Counted from the first letter of the stretch, positions 26,555 through 36,301 are shown. The stretch: DNA of 64,000 nt from an uncultured Bacilli bacterium (GCA_947629935.1 CANRFQ010000003.1:10986-74985); one strand, 5' to 3'. The notes: generated from the sequence alone by a model not told the origin. Made by a program: numbers and translations.

Positions 26555-26995
26555 ATGGGGAATGTTAAATTAGAGTATGAAAAAAATGATTATTTTAGAA
26601 AATGGATTATTGAAGAATGGAAACAACATAATACTGTGGATCCAATATATCAGTTAATTATTAAAAAGCCAGAACAATTAAGCTTTCAAAAAGAGGAAAA
26701 ATATTATAAAATAATCTGTAACAATATAGTAGTTGGTTTTATAGGAATAAAAGACTATAAAAATGAAATATACTTATATAGATTTTATATTGATAATCAG
26801 TATAGAAACCAGGGAATAGGCACAAAAGCTTTGGAGCAATTAATAGATATCGCAAAATTTCAGAATAAAGATATATCTTTGGATGTAATGGGAAATAATA
26901 ATTTAGCAAAAAAATTATATGAAAAAATGGGGTTTAAAACGTACTATACAAAAATGGTATTAAAAATAAATGATAACATTTATAAAAATATATAA
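26555..26995 (+). CDS. GNAT-family N-acetyltransferase
   Basis: Motif A: YRNQGIGTKALEQLIDIA. Motif B: NNNLAKKLYEKMGF. Confidence 0.55.
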   Translation: MGNVKLEYEKNDYFRKWIIEEWKQHNTVDPIYQLIIKKPEQLSFQKEEKYYKIICNNIVVGFIGIKDYKNEIYLYRFYIDNQYRNQGIGTKALEQLIDIAKFQNKDISLDVMGNNNLAKKLYEKMGFKTYYTKMVLKINDNIYKNI

Positions 26996-27066
26996 TAAAA
27001 AATTGTTGTACTTCTTTCTTTAGGATACCTGTGATATAATAATCAAGGGAAAGTAGGTTATATAAT

Positions 27067-28065
27067 ATGAACGTAAATCAAAAGCAAATAATTAGTCAAT
27101 TAGTTTATACATTTGCACAAAAAACTAACATAACTAATCAAGAAGAAATTCATAATACTATTAATAGATTGTGTTCAATGAGTATAAATGATGCAATTGA
27201 CGCTCTTTTAGTTTCTTTAAATGATTTAATAAATAGAAAAATGATAATTAAGGAGGATATTTTGACAAATGTGGATGCGATTATAAGTTTAAATCCTGAA
27301 AAATATGCATCTGCTACTAATCTAATCGAGAGACTAAATTGGATTAAAGACATGAATATGGAATATCCTAGTATGTCTTTAACTGAAAATCATCAATTAA
27401 TCATGGAAGCTTTTGATAGATTTAACGAATTATTAAATGGGCGTTTTGATTGTTATTATACTGGGGCTTTTCTAGGATATATAGCAACCGGACATGAATT
27501 AAAAAGATATCATGGAGACTTAGATTTATTTATCAATGAACAACAATTACTTATCTTAAAAGAATTGGTTGATTCTAGTTTGGATTTTAAATTTGTTAGT
27601 AATATGGATCACAAGGCAGTAAGTGGGCATGAATATAAAATCGTATATAAAGATACTCCTATGAGTATTGGATTATTCCTATTTGAAAGGCAACCTGATA
27701 GTAGTATAACTACCAAAGAATATTATTTTGAAAATCAAAATAATAATAGACAATTACTTGTAGATGAACACCATTTTTCTAAAGAATATACAAAAATGTC
27801 TTTTTCTGATGAGATAAGAGAATATAATGGAATACCATACAAAATGATGAGCTTAGAGCATATTTATAATTTAAAGAAAAATTCTAGACCAAAGGATAGA
27901 TATGATGCTCAAATAATAAAAGATAATGTAGATATGATGATTGATTACAGACTTGATGAGGAAAGAAAAAATAACTTTGATATAAATCGCAAACCTGTAG
28001 CTATATCAATAATACAAACTATTGAACAATTACTAAAAAAACAACAAGGTATTCAATATAAATGA
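27067..28065 (+). CDS. Nucleotidyltransferase-fold protein resembling ANT(2'')/Lnu-type (PF10706-like) antibiotic nucleotidyltransferases, with an N-terminal extension of about 100 aa
   Basis: YTGAFLGYIATGHELKRYHGDLDLFI parallels the ANT(2'')-Ia segment WIGGGWAIDARLGRVTRKHDDIDL (G…R.H.D.DL of the pol-beta-type NTase). The assignment is tentative. Confidence 0.3.
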   Translation: MNVNQKQIISQLVYTFAQKTNITNQEEIHNTINRLCSMSINDAIDALLVSLNDLINRKMIIKEDILTNVDAIISLNPEKYASATNLIERLNWIKDMNMEYPSMSLTENHQLIMEAFDRFNELLNGRFDCYYTGAFLGYIATGHELKRYHGDLDLFINEQQLLILKELVDSSLDFKFVSNMDHKAVSGHEYKIVYKDTPMSIGLFLFERQPDSSITTKEYYFENQNNNRQLLVDEHHFSKEYTKMSFSDEIREYNGIPYKMMSLEHIYNLKKNSRPKDRYDAQIIKDNVDMMIDYRLDEERKNNFDINRKPVAISIIQTIEQLLKKQQGIQYK

Positions 28066-28105
28066 CATCTTATGATAAGATTACACTTGATTGGAAGAGA
28101 TAAAA

Positions 28106-28558
28106 ATGACAATTAGAAAAGCAGATTATAATGATGTAAAAATATTAAATGAATTTTTAACACTGTTAATAAAAGATGAAAGACAATATGACTTAGGAAT
28201 TGATGAGAATTTTGTAGTTACTAATATGTATGAAAATTATATTGAAGATTCTAGCAAATTGATTATTGTTGCTGAAGAAGGCAAAGAAATTGTCGGATAT
28301 TTATATGGAATAATCAAACCAAAAGATGATACATATAAATATATAGTTGCCAAATTAGATGCCTTATATGTGTATAATAATTATCGTAATAGAGGAATTG
28401 CTACTTCTTTAATAGAAAATTTTAAAAAGTGGGCTATATCAAAAAAGGCTAATAAAATAGAAGTAAATGTATGGAGTAATAATATCAAAGCCAAGCACTT
28501 GTATGAAAAAAACAATTTCCAAACAACCAGCGAAACATTAACTATTGATAATTTATGA
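28106..28558 (+). CDS. GNAT-family N-acetyltransferase (the track ORF starts at a TTG at 28091)
   Basis: YRNRGIATSLIENFKKWA…NIKAKHLYEKNNF. RBS GGAAGAGA precedes the ATG at 28106. Confidence 0.55.
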   Translation: MTIRKADYNDVKILNEFLTLLIKDERQYDLGIDENFVVTNMYENYIEDSSKLIIVAEEGKEIVGYLYGIIKPKDDTYKYIVAKLDALYVYNNYRNRGIATSLIENFKKWAISKKANKIEVNVWSNNIKAKHLYEKNNFQTTSETLTIDNL

Positions 28559-28603
28559 AATTATTAAACTTTTTTATTTAAGATAACTTGGAAATTAATA
28601 TAA

Positions 28604-28636
28604 AAACTACTTTCAAAACCAAATTGAAAGTAGTTT
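28604..28636. terminator. Bidirectional rho-independent terminator with a perfect 13-bp stem
   Basis: aaactactttcaa-aaccaaa-ttgaaagtagttt, flanked by an A-run and a T-run, between convergent genes. Confidence 0.7.
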
Positions 28637-28655
28637 ATTTTTCTATTATATAAAA

Positions 28656-29012
28656 TTATAATTTACCTTCTTTGCTTAGTTTATTCCAGCGATCATGAAC
28701 ATAGGAATTACCTCCTAGTTGTTTATAACGATCATATAATTCATAGGCATTCTGTTTTTGAATTTGCGTCTTAATCACTCCTAATTCTATATCATTAATA
28801 AAATTAACTAAAATCATTTTTATTAATTCTAGTTCAATATTATTACGACTTTGCATAGATATTTCGCCTATGCGATCTATTTTTTTATCAAGAGGATTCA
28901 ATATTTTTTTTATTTGGGATTTATAAAAAGCAATTAAACTTGTGATAGCACCAATAAAAATGCCGACAAAGCTAATAATCGCTGCAATTTGCCCCAACGT
29001 AACATTTTCCAT
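28656..29012 (-). CDS. Hypothetical membrane-anchored protein (N-terminal TM helix plus coiled-coil). Distantly BhlA/holin-like in architecture only
   Basis: An N-terminal hydrophobic helix (IAAIISFVGIFIGAITSLIAF) followed by a charged helical region. RBS GAAGGAA. No confident family assignment. Confidence 0.3.
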   Translation of the reverse strand: MENVTLGQIAAIISFVGIFIGAITSLIAFYKSQIKKILNPLDKKIDRIGEISMQSRNNIELELIKMILVNFINDIELGVIKTQIQKQNAYELYDRYKQLGGNSYVHDRWNKLSKEGKL

Positions 29013-29132
29013 ATAATTCCTTCTTTCTTTAAGGCTATTTTAACTTATGAAAAAGAAAAAAAATTATTTATAATAAATGTATTGGGATCATTAAAATATT
29101 TACTAAATATATAGTAATATTGTAAAATATAG

Positions 29133-29417
29133 ATGGTGATAATAATGGAAATTGTAAATATTAATGCTTTATGGGGCCAAAATTATTTTAATCATAAAAC
29201 ATTAATGCAAAAATTAAAAAATCAATATAAAGAAATAAAGTATACGGAATATGATTATGATTTTCATCGAGAACAAATAAAATTTTTTAATATTGCTCCT
29301 ATGCTTCCAGTTTTAATCATCTTTAATAATAAACAAGAAATAGCAAGATTGCATAATCCTACTTTAGAACAGATAGAAAAAATATTAACCAAATTTAATA
29401 AACAAATTGACTTTTAG
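29133..29417 (+). CDS. Hypothetical small protein (possibly a thioredoxin-fold remnant without a CxxC motif)
   Basis: APMLPVLIIFNNKQEIARL resembles the thioredoxin-fold beta-strand region, but there is no active-site Cys pair. Weak. Confidence 0.25.
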   Translation: MVIIMEIVNINALWGQNYFNHKTLMQKLKNQYKEIKYTEYDYDFHREQIKFFNIAPMLPVLIIFNNKQEIARLHNPTLEQIEKILTKFNKQIDF

Positions 29418-29460
29418 GCTTATTTTTATTATTATTAATTTAGAATAGAGGGCGTTATAG

Positions 29461-30216
29461 ATGAAGAAAAATCAAATAGCAGAGCTAACATGTTTTTTAT
29501 TAATATTTATTTTGGGATGTGCTTTGATGCTATTTCCAGGACTAGGTTTTGATGATATGAATTATTTATTCTTCATTGTAATGACATTTTATGGCTTATT
29601 AAGTTATATATTATATATGATAGTTCGGTGCAAAGATGATTATGAGTATTTATTCATTGCTTTAGCTTCTATAATTGCCGCGGCAGCGGGGGTTACATTT
29701 CAATATGAAAATCCAAAAATGGTATTATCTTTATCATTAATTGGCTGGATTTCAATGGTAGCAATCATTAAACTTATTAAAATGGATTATTATAATGATC
29801 GCAACAATATTTTGTGGTTTGTTCGTACGATAACATTTGTCTTATTTTTAGTAGTGGGAACATTAACTTGTGTAAATTTATACTATAATATAGAAATACA
29901 ATCATTAATGTTAGGTTTCTTTTTGGTAGTAGTGGCTATATTAGAAAGTTTTGATCCATTAGTAGTTTATTTATTATCCAAAAAGAATAGAAGAGTAATT
30001 CAAAAAGTTGATCCTATTGTAGTTAAAGAAAATGGAGTAAAAAATATTAAATCTGAACCTATTGCTAAGCCAAAAACTGGGCAAAATAAATCAAAAAGTT
30101 CAACTGAAACTACTAACAAAAAGATAGTTAGTAGTAAACCTAAAACAAAAACTACTAACAAAAAGATAGCTAGTAGTAAACCTAAAACAAAAACTACTAA
30201 TAAAAAGACTAAATGA
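29461..30216 (+). CDS. Polytopic membrane protein with a C-terminal K/T-rich 13-aa tandem repeat
   Basis: About 5 predicted TM helices. The C-terminus reads TTNKKIVSSKPKTK TTNKKIASSKPKTK TTNKKTK, encoded by a roughly 39-bp tandem DNA repeat. Confidence 0.4.
   Translation: MKKNQIAELTCFLLIFILGCALMLFPGLGFDDMNYLFFIVMTFYGLLSYILYMIVRCKDDYEYLFIALASIIAAAAGVTFQYENPKMVLSLSLIGWISMVAIIKLIKMDYYNDRNNILWFVRTITFVLFLVVGTLTCVNLYYNIEIQSLMLGFFLVVVAILESFDPLVVYLLSKKNRRVIQKVDPIVVKENGVKNIKSEPIAKPKTGQNKSKSSTETTNKKIVSSKPKTKTTNKKIASSKPKTKTTNKKTK
30100..30215 (+). repeat. About 39-bp tandem repeat (roughly 2.5 copies) encoding (TTNKKIxSSKPKTK)n
   Basis: aaaactactaacaaaaagatagttagtagtaaacctaaaaca is repeated with one substitution. 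Confidence 0.6.
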
Positions 30217-30272
30217 TTTTGTAAAATCGTTGTCAAAACTTTTTGTTTAAATTGAATAAAATAGGATATCTG

Positions 30273-30286
30273 TAGTAATATTACTA
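30273..30286. promoter_or_regulatory. Perfect 14-bp palindrome TAGTAATATTACTA, 22 nt upstream of the rpoZ start; a candidate operator
   Basis: Seen directly. It lies between the putative promoter and the RBS AAGGACGTGA. Confidence 0.25.
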
Positions 30287-30307
30287 ATGTAAGGACGTGA
30301 TATTATT

Positions 30308-30502
30308 ATGCTTTATCCTTCAATAGATAAAATTTTAAATATTGTGGATTCTAAGTATAAGCTAGTTCATGTTTGTTCTTTTCGTAGTAAGCAAATGTTA
30401 GAAAATAAACATTTTCAAATGAAAGAAGAAGAATATAAGAATAAAAAGGAACTAGGAAGAGCATTAGAAGAAGTGGAAAAAGGGTTAATTAAGGTAAAAT
30501 AA
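30308..30502 (+). CDS. rpoZ: DNA-directed RNA polymerase subunit omega
   Basis: MLYPSIDKILNIVDSKYKLVHVCSFRSKQM matches the RpoZ N-terminus (MLYPSIDSLL.K.DSKY.LV.VAAKRAR.). 64 aa. Confidence 0.7.
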   Translation: MLYPSIDKILNIVDSKYKLVHVCSFRSKQMLENKHFQMKEEEYKNKKELGRALEEVEKGLIKVK

Positions 30503-30582
30503 TCGATTAATCCTTTTTTTGTATTGACAATTAAGTAAAAAAGTGTTAACATACAGCCAGAAATGGAGGTTGAGGTCTGAAA

Positions 30583-32144
30583 TGACAGAAGAAAGAAGAT
30601 ATGGAATTAACTGGGTTGATTTAATAATTAAAGTAATTCTATTGATTTTATTTGTTTTATTAATTTGTTGGTTATTTCCAATGCCAAAGCTAGATACTTT
30701 CTATGATAAAGTATTTAATGAAAATATTCAAACAATGAAAAATGCAGCTCGTAATTATTATACTGTAGATCGTTTACCTAGTGCTATTGGCGAAACTAAG
30801 ACAATGAGTTTAAAACAATTAGTTGATAGTAAGGTTATCCTTGAATTCTCAGACAAAGATGGAAATACGTGTGATACAGCAAATAGTTATGTACAAGTAA
30901 CTAAAACTTTAGATAGTGAATATGCTTTAAAGGTTCAATTAACATGTGGTGATGAATCTGATTATATTATTGATACAATTGGTTGTAATGGAACATGTTT
31001 ATTATCTGAGGTAAATAATGCTAAAGACACAGCAGATAAAGTAGAAAACGATGATGATAGTTATACTACTGATGTAAAATTGGGAGGTAGTGGTTCATCT
31101 AATAACACCAAATATTACTATTATCCATTAGGAGGTAGTACAGGTACAACAAGTACCACTACAATAATTAAATATCCAGAAAATACTACTAATAATAGTG
31201 AGACAACAACAAATAATAAAACTAGTAATCCAACTAGTCCTAGTGTAACTAAAAACCATAATAACAGTAATAACAACAATAATAATAGTAATAACAACAA
31301 TAATAATAGTTCTAATAATAGCAGTAACAATAATAACAATAATAATAGTAATAATGGCAAAACTTTATATTATCAGCAAGCTAAAATTGTTAAAGATTAT
31401 GGTAATTGGATAGAAGGTTATAAGACTGGTAATAATATTGAAACTAAAACAAAAAGAGTAAATTATTATTACTATACTAAAAATGGATCTAGTAGCACAA
31501 CTAGACAAACTTCTGAATATCGTACTACTTCATATATTGGATCTACCGAAGCATACAATGGTAAACAATATTCATATGAATTACAATTAACTGATATTCC
31601 ATCAAATGCAACTAGTGTAAGTGTTACATCTGATAGATATTTCCAAGCTGCTGATTATCAAAAATATTTAAATACTTATAGTACTAATTTATATATGAGT
31701 GGAAATGATATGTTACATAATTCTAATATATCATCGTCTACGGTATTTAAAAACGCTTCATTAAAAAGCAGTAACTTTGACTATAGTATAAGTAGTGCAT
31801 ATAAAACTAATGGCGTATGGCGTGTTAGGGTAAACATTTATATAAGAAATAAAGTCGGTGTAACATCATATTATGACGGTTCTTTAAATAAAAATATAAT
31901 GTTTGTACCAGTTTACTTTAAAACTAGTTATTCTGCTAGTACTAGCAGTGGAAGTACTAAGAGATATTTAGATACTGAAGATAATGCTTACAAATATAGT
32001 GGATATACTAGAACATTTGCTTATTCTGATACGATAAATTATTACCGTTATATAACAGAATATGTTGATTATAATCAAACAAAATGGTCAACTTCTCGTT
32101 ATTTAGATGGTTATCAATTTACGGGTAATACAAAATATATGTAA
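30583..32144 (+). CDS. Membrane-anchored or secreted protein with a poly-Asn/Ser low-complexity linker (the track ORF starts at 30543; the ATG at 30583 has a GGAGGTTGAGGT RBS)
   Basis: A signal-anchor (LIIKVILLILFVLLICWLF), an N-terminal domain, then S/T/N-rich segments including NNSNNNNNNSNNNNNNSSNN, then a C-terminal domain rich in Tyr/Ser. No family recognised. Confidence 0.45.
31255..31360 (+). repeat. AAT/AAC-rich tandem DNA repeats encoding a poly-Asn tract
   Basis: aataacaacaataataatagt units are repeated. The antisense poly-Leu ORF 31121..31360 is an artefact of this repeat. Confidence 0.6.
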
Positions 32145-32209
32145 TTAAAATTGACTTCGGTCAATTTTTTTATGTATTTTATTATTTATAATGTAAACTT
32201 GATGAATAA

Positions 32210-32737
32210 ATGATGAAAATATGTTATATTTATATAGTGATGGATATGAAAAAGAACGATAAAGAATATGCGCAAATTGTAAATGCAATCATCAATCACC
32301 CCGAATTTCAAAGGAGAAAGAAATTTCTTCATCATGGGGATATTAGTGTTTATGAACATTCTTTAAAAGTTTCCAAAAAAGCATATTCTATAGCCAAATT
32401 TTTTCATGCTGATTATAAAAGTGCTGCCATAGCAGGATTATTACATGATTTTTATGAAAAACCTTGGCAAGAAGATAAAGAGAAACATAAATTTTTTGAA
32501 CAACATGGTTTTACGCATGCGAAAAATTCTTATGATAATGCGCATAAATACTTTAAAGAATATATGAATCCTCAAATTGAAAATGCTATTTTAAGGCATA
32601 TGTTTCCTTTAAATATTAAACCACCTAAATATAAAGTTGGTTGGATTGTAACATTGGCTGATAAATTAGTATCTTTAGAAGTATTTAAATATCCGTCAAA
32701 ATTGTTAATGTTATTAGGAATCAAAACAAATAAATAG
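32210..32737 (+). CDS. HD-domain phosphohydrolase (the start may be internal)
   Basis: LHHGDISVYEHSLKV… H…AGLLHDFYE, an H…HD…H…D metal-binding pattern. Confidence 0.5.
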   Translation: MMKICYIYIVMDMKKNDKEYAQIVNAIINHPEFQRRKKFLHHGDISVYEHSLKVSKKAYSIAKFFHADYKSAAIAGLLHDFYEKPWQEDKEKHKFFEQHGFTHAKNSYDNAHKYFKEYMNPQIENAILRHMFPLNIKPPKYKVGWIVTLADKLVSLEVFKYPSKLLMLLGIKTNK

Positions 32738-32753
32738 TAAGGTAGTAGGAAAT

Positions 32754-33491
32754 ATGGATAAAATACAAATATACTTTTTATTGTTTATTATTTATTCTTT
32801 TATAGGATGGATAATGGAAGTAATATATAATTATTTTGATTGTAAAAGATGGATGAATAGAGGTTTTTTAATTGGTCCGATATGTCCTATTTATGGAATA
32901 GGGAGTATTTTGATTATATTATTGTTAAAAGACTATCAAACTCAACCCTTTGTACTTTTTATTTTAGCTATTCTAATATGTTCTGTTTTAGAATATTTAA
33001 CTAGTTTTATTTTGGAAAAAGTATTTAAAATAAGATGGTGGGATTATTCGCATAAAAAATTCAATATAAATGGCAGAATATGCTTAGAAACAATGGTGCC
33101 TTTTGGTATTATAGGAGCATTGCTTGTTTATTTTATCAATCCTTTTTTTGAACATGTACTATCATTAGTAAATATCCAGATTTTAAATGATCTATTTTAT
33201 ATAATATTTTTAATCTTTTTAGCAGATTTAATTATATCTTTGAAAATTATTTCGAATATTAAATTAATTACGAGCAATATCATCAAAGATAATACAGAAG
33301 AAGTTAGTAAAAAAGTTAAAGATAAAATAGTAACGACTCTAAAATCATTTAAAAAGAAAATTAATAGCCCTGATAAAAAAATACGGAAAGTGTTTTCCCA
33401 ACAACCTTATTTTACGAAAAGAGTAATTGAGGCATTTCCTAAATTTAAAGTTAGTAGTATTTTAAAGAAAAAAAGTAAAGGTGATAAATAA
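32754..33491 (+). CDS. Membrane protein of the DUF1113 / putative ABC-transporter type IV (CmpB-like) family
   Basis: FIGWIMEVIYNYF…RGFLIGPICPIYGIGS is a conserved signature, with 4-5 TM helices. RBS AGGTAGTAGGA. Confidence 0.4.
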   Translation: MDKIQIYFLLFIIYSFIGWIMEVIYNYFDCKRWMNRGFLIGPICPIYGIGSILIILLLKDYQTQPFVLFILAILICSVLEYLTSFILEKVFKIRWWDYSHKKFNINGRICLETMVPFGIIGALLVYFINPFFEHVLSLVNIQILNDLFYIIFLIFLADLIISLKIISNIKLITSNIIKDNTEEVSKKVKDKIVTTLKSFKKKINSPDKKIRKVFSQQPYFTKRVIEAFPKFKVSSILKKKSKGDK

Positions 33492-34012
33492 TGGCAAATA
33501 AGTTAGTTAAAGGAATAATAAATATATTTGGAGGAATTACCTCTATGGCCTTTGGAAAAGAAATATTAGTTTTTATTATTTCTTTAATGCCAATTTTAGA
33601 GCTAAGAGGAGGACTTATTGCCGCTTCTTTATTAGGAATGGATCCTATTCCTAGCTATATAATATCGATAATAGGAAATATTCTCCCAATTCCTTTTATT
33701 TTGTGGTTTATGAATTCTATTTTAAATTGGATGCGTAATTGTCATTTAAAAAAAATAAAAAGTGTAGCTAAGTGGCTAGATAAAAAAGTAAAAAAACATA
33801 GAGGCTCTATTGAAAAATATGGATTTTGGGGTTTAGTATTATTTGTGGGAGTGCCTTTGCCTGGAACTGGTGCATGGACAGGTTGCTTAATTGCTTCTGT
33901 GCTAGAAATGGATAAGAAAAAATCACTAATTGCTGCTTTAATTGGGGTTTTAATGGCCAGTATAATAATGATGATTTTATCGTTTGGATTAATTAGGGGT
34001 ATTATTAATTAA
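33491..34012 (+). CDS. Small membrane protein, putative small multidrug export family (COG2426-like)
   Basis: PILELRGGLIAASLLGMDPIPSYIISIIGNILPIPF. ATGA-coupled to the upstream gene. Confidence 0.35.
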   Translation: MANKLVKGIINIFGGITSMAFGKEILVFIISLMPILELRGGLIAASLLGMDPIPSYIISIIGNILPIPFILWFMNSILNWMRNCHLKKIKSVAKWLDKKVKKHRGSIEKYGFWGLVLFVGVPLPGTGAWTGCLIASVLEMDKKKSLIAALIGVLMASIIMMILSFGLIRGIIN

Positions 34013-34025
34013 GTAGGAGATAATA

Positions 34026-34556
34026 ATGAATATAAGAGACAATTTAGAAAGATTAAAGGAAAAATTATTAAGTACGAAAATGGAAAAACCAATGTATAGA
34101 TTACATTTTTTAAACTATCATAAGATAGGCTCTGATTATGGCATGCCTAACAAGTATGGCGTGATTGATTGGCCTTATGAGCCTTTTATTTTGCCAGATG
34201 GAATCGAAGAGGCGGAAGCTTTTAAAATATTATCTTATTTTACAGATTATGTAGAAAATAAATTTAATTTGGAGCCTTGTTGTTTTAAAAGTGTTTTCGC
34301 TTTAAATAAATTAATTGATTTAGAAGGCCTCGGCTTTAAGCACTTGAATGTTGCTGTTAGTGGTAATGAAGAAAATCTTTGTGATTTATTTACGGTAACC
34401 GGCAGAGTGGAAAGGTTTGAGCAAAGTGCTTATAGTTCTAAATATTTTGAGTGGTATACTAATGATGTTTCATTAGCTGAAGTCCAACAAATATATGAAA
34501 AAATCGGGAAAAAATTACCTGACTTTAAAATTCTAGAAAGAAAATTACAACGTTAA
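34026..34556 (+). CDS. Hypothetical protein
   Basis: RBS AGGAGATAATAATG. No family recognised. Confidence 0.4.
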   Translation: MNIRDNLERLKEKLLSTKMEKPMYRLHFLNYHKIGSDYGMPNKYGVIDWPYEPFILPDGIEEAEAFKILSYFTDYVENKFNLEPCCFKSVFALNKLIDLEGLGFKHLNVAVSGNEENLCDLFTVTGRVERFEQSAYSSKYFEWYTNDVSLAEVQQIYEKIGKKLPDFKILERKLQR

Positions 34557-34570
34557 AATTATGATAATAA

Positions 34571-34608
34571 AAAGGCTGAGTAGAAACAAAAATTCTATTC
34601 AGCCTTTT
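34571..34608. terminator. Rho-independent terminator (13-bp stem)
   Basis: aaaggctgagtag-[11 nt]-ctattcagccttt followed by TT. Confidence 0.6.
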
Positions 34609-34619
34609 GATATTAAATT

Positions 34620-34696
34620 TGGTGGAGAATAAGGGATTCGAACCCTTGACCCCCACGGTGCAAACGTGGTGCTCTAGCCAGCTGAGCTAATTCCCC
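34620..34696 (-). tRNA. tRNA-Ala (anticodon UGC)
   Basis: Acceptor stem GGGGAAT with the G3·U70 Ala identity pair, anticodon loop TTTGCAC, T-loop GGTTCGAATCC, 3' CCA. Confidence 0.85.
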
Positions 34697-34736
34697 AAAC
34701 GGAACAAATTAATATTATCAAATTCTAAAGCTAAAA

Positions 34737-35051
34737 TCAAGTATTTATTTGCAAAATTTGGGAAATATGCAATTTTATTTGGTTATTTAGCGTAATTATT
34801 TTTATGCTAGGTTTAATTTCAGTTATTATTCCCCTAATTTTATATATTTGATTACTTTTAAAATAACAAATAACAATTTTAACTTGATTATAATAACTTT
34901 CTAAAATTAATTCATTCAATTTTTCGAGTTGGTCGCTAGATAGGATAGGTTTATTAACTTCATTTTTCTTTTTTAAGATAGAATTTACAACTTCTTTAGA
35001 CGAAATTAAGGATTCAAAAGGTTGCCATTTTATCATTCCCCGATCATTCAC
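34737..35051 (-). CDS. YolD-like protein (UmuD functional analog; partner of the Y-family polymerase)
   Basis: MIKWQPFESL is the YolD-family hallmark. It overlaps the upstream polymerase gene by ATGA, the same arrangement as B. subtilis yqjW-yqjX and uvrX-yolD. Confidence 0.5.
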   Translation of the reverse strand: MNDRGMIKWQPFESLISSKEVVNSILKKKNEVNKPILSSDQLEKLNELILESYYNQVKIVICYFKSNQIYKIRGIITEIKPSIKIITLNNQIKLHISQILQINT

Positions 35052-36301
35052 TGTTCATGACCTCCTATTTTTTGATTACGAGAAATAGCCGTAGAATCTT
35101 CTAATAAAGCGGTGGCTTTTAAGATACTATTTTTCCCAAATTTATTTTTAATATCATCAATAGTCTTATTATAGTTGTCTTCGGTATGAATATGATTTAT
35201 AGTTTCAAATATATTTAGTTGAATAGCTTTTTTTTCACTAAGCCTAGAAAAACAAAGAGTAACTTTTCGAATAGGCATATTCTCGTAATATTTATCAAAT
35301 AAAAGATAAAGAGTTTTTAAAATTAATTTTATATCATCGGTAGGATTGTCGAGTTTAGTTACATGGTAAAATCCACCTCCCACATTTTTTGAATAGCCTA
35401 TGCCTAAACCAATACAACTAGTCAGCTTTTTTTCTCGTCTTAATCTTTGCATTAAAACATCAGTCATTTCTGAAATGATTAAACGAATGTTATGGCCATT
35501 ATAATCTTTAAATAAAACTTGACTATGACTCATTGATTTATCTTTAGCAATATGTTTATAATCTTTTATTCGGCTGAAATCAATGCCATTAGCATGATTC
35601 CATAATTCTTCGCCCATGATACCAAATTTATCTTTTAATTTATTTTGGGGATAGTGAGCCAGATCGTAAATAGAAAAAATATTTAAAGCATTTAATCTTT
35701 TTTCCATTCGGCTTCCAATGCCCCAAACTTTAGATAAAGGACTAAGGGGCCACAGTTTCATTGGAATATCTGCATAAGTCCATTTAGCAATACCATTTTT
35801 ATATTTTTTGGCTTCAGTATCCATGGCAATCTTAGCTAAAAGAAGATTAGGTCCAATACCACAAGTAGCTGTAAGACCCGTTCTTTTATAAATATCTTGT
35901 AAGATAGTTTCAGCTAATTGATAATCAGTCATTTTATATAGTTGTAAGTAGTCCGTAACATCCAAAAAAACTTCATCAATAGAGTAAATGTGCATATCAT
36001 CAGCAGCTACATAATCCAAATAAATACCAACTACTTCTTTACTTTTTTTTAAATATAAGCTCATCCGAGGAGGGACAATAGTATATTGAATGTTTTTGGG
36101 AATTTCATATAAACGGCCGCGTGATTTTAAACCTTTACTTTTAAGATAAGGAGTAATAGCTAAAGTAATTGCCCCGTTTCCTTGTTTAGTACTTGCTACT
36201 ACTAGAGGGAAAGAAAAAGGATCTAAATGTCTTTCCACACATTCACACGATGCAAAAAAGCTTTTAAGATCAATACATAAAATATTCCTTTCTTCCATCA
36301 T
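35048..36301 (-). CDS. Y-family (UmuC/DinB-like; UvrX/YqjW-type) error-prone DNA polymerase
   Basis: ILCIDLKSFFASCECV is the IMS/UmuC N-terminal signature; …YSIDEVFLDVT…; 417 aa. RBS GGGGTGA. Confidence 0.8.
   Translation of the reverse strand: MMEERNILCIDLKSFFASCECVERHLDPFSFPLVVASTKQGNGAITLAITPYLKSKGLKSRGRLYEIPKNIQYTIVPPRMSLYLKKSKEVVGIYLDYVAADDMHIYSIDEVFLDVTDYLQLYKMTDYQLAETILQDIYKRTGLTATCGIGPNLLLAKIAMDTEAKKYKNGIAKWTYADIPMKLWPLSPLSKVWGIGSRMEKRLNALNIFSIYDLAHYPQNKLKDKFGIMGEELWNHANGIDFSRIKDYKHIAKDKSMSHSQVLFKDYNGHNIRLIISEMTDVLMQRLRREKKLTSCIGLGIGYSKNVGGGFYHVTKLDNPTDDIKLILKTLYLLFDKYYENMPIRKVTLCFSRLSEKKAIQLNIFETINHIHTEDNYNKTIDDIKNKFGKNSILKATALLEDSTAISRNQKIGGHEQ

Noticed and set aside
31121-31360. 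79-aa poly-Leu ORF on the minus strand
   Set aside because: It is the antisense of the AAT/AAC repeats that encode poly-Asn in the 30583..32144 gene.
30583-32144. The poly-Asn protein being a pilin or competence protein because of its N-terminal hydrophobic helix
   Set aside because: It lacks the G|FTLIE prepilin motif. It has an ordinary signal-anchor.
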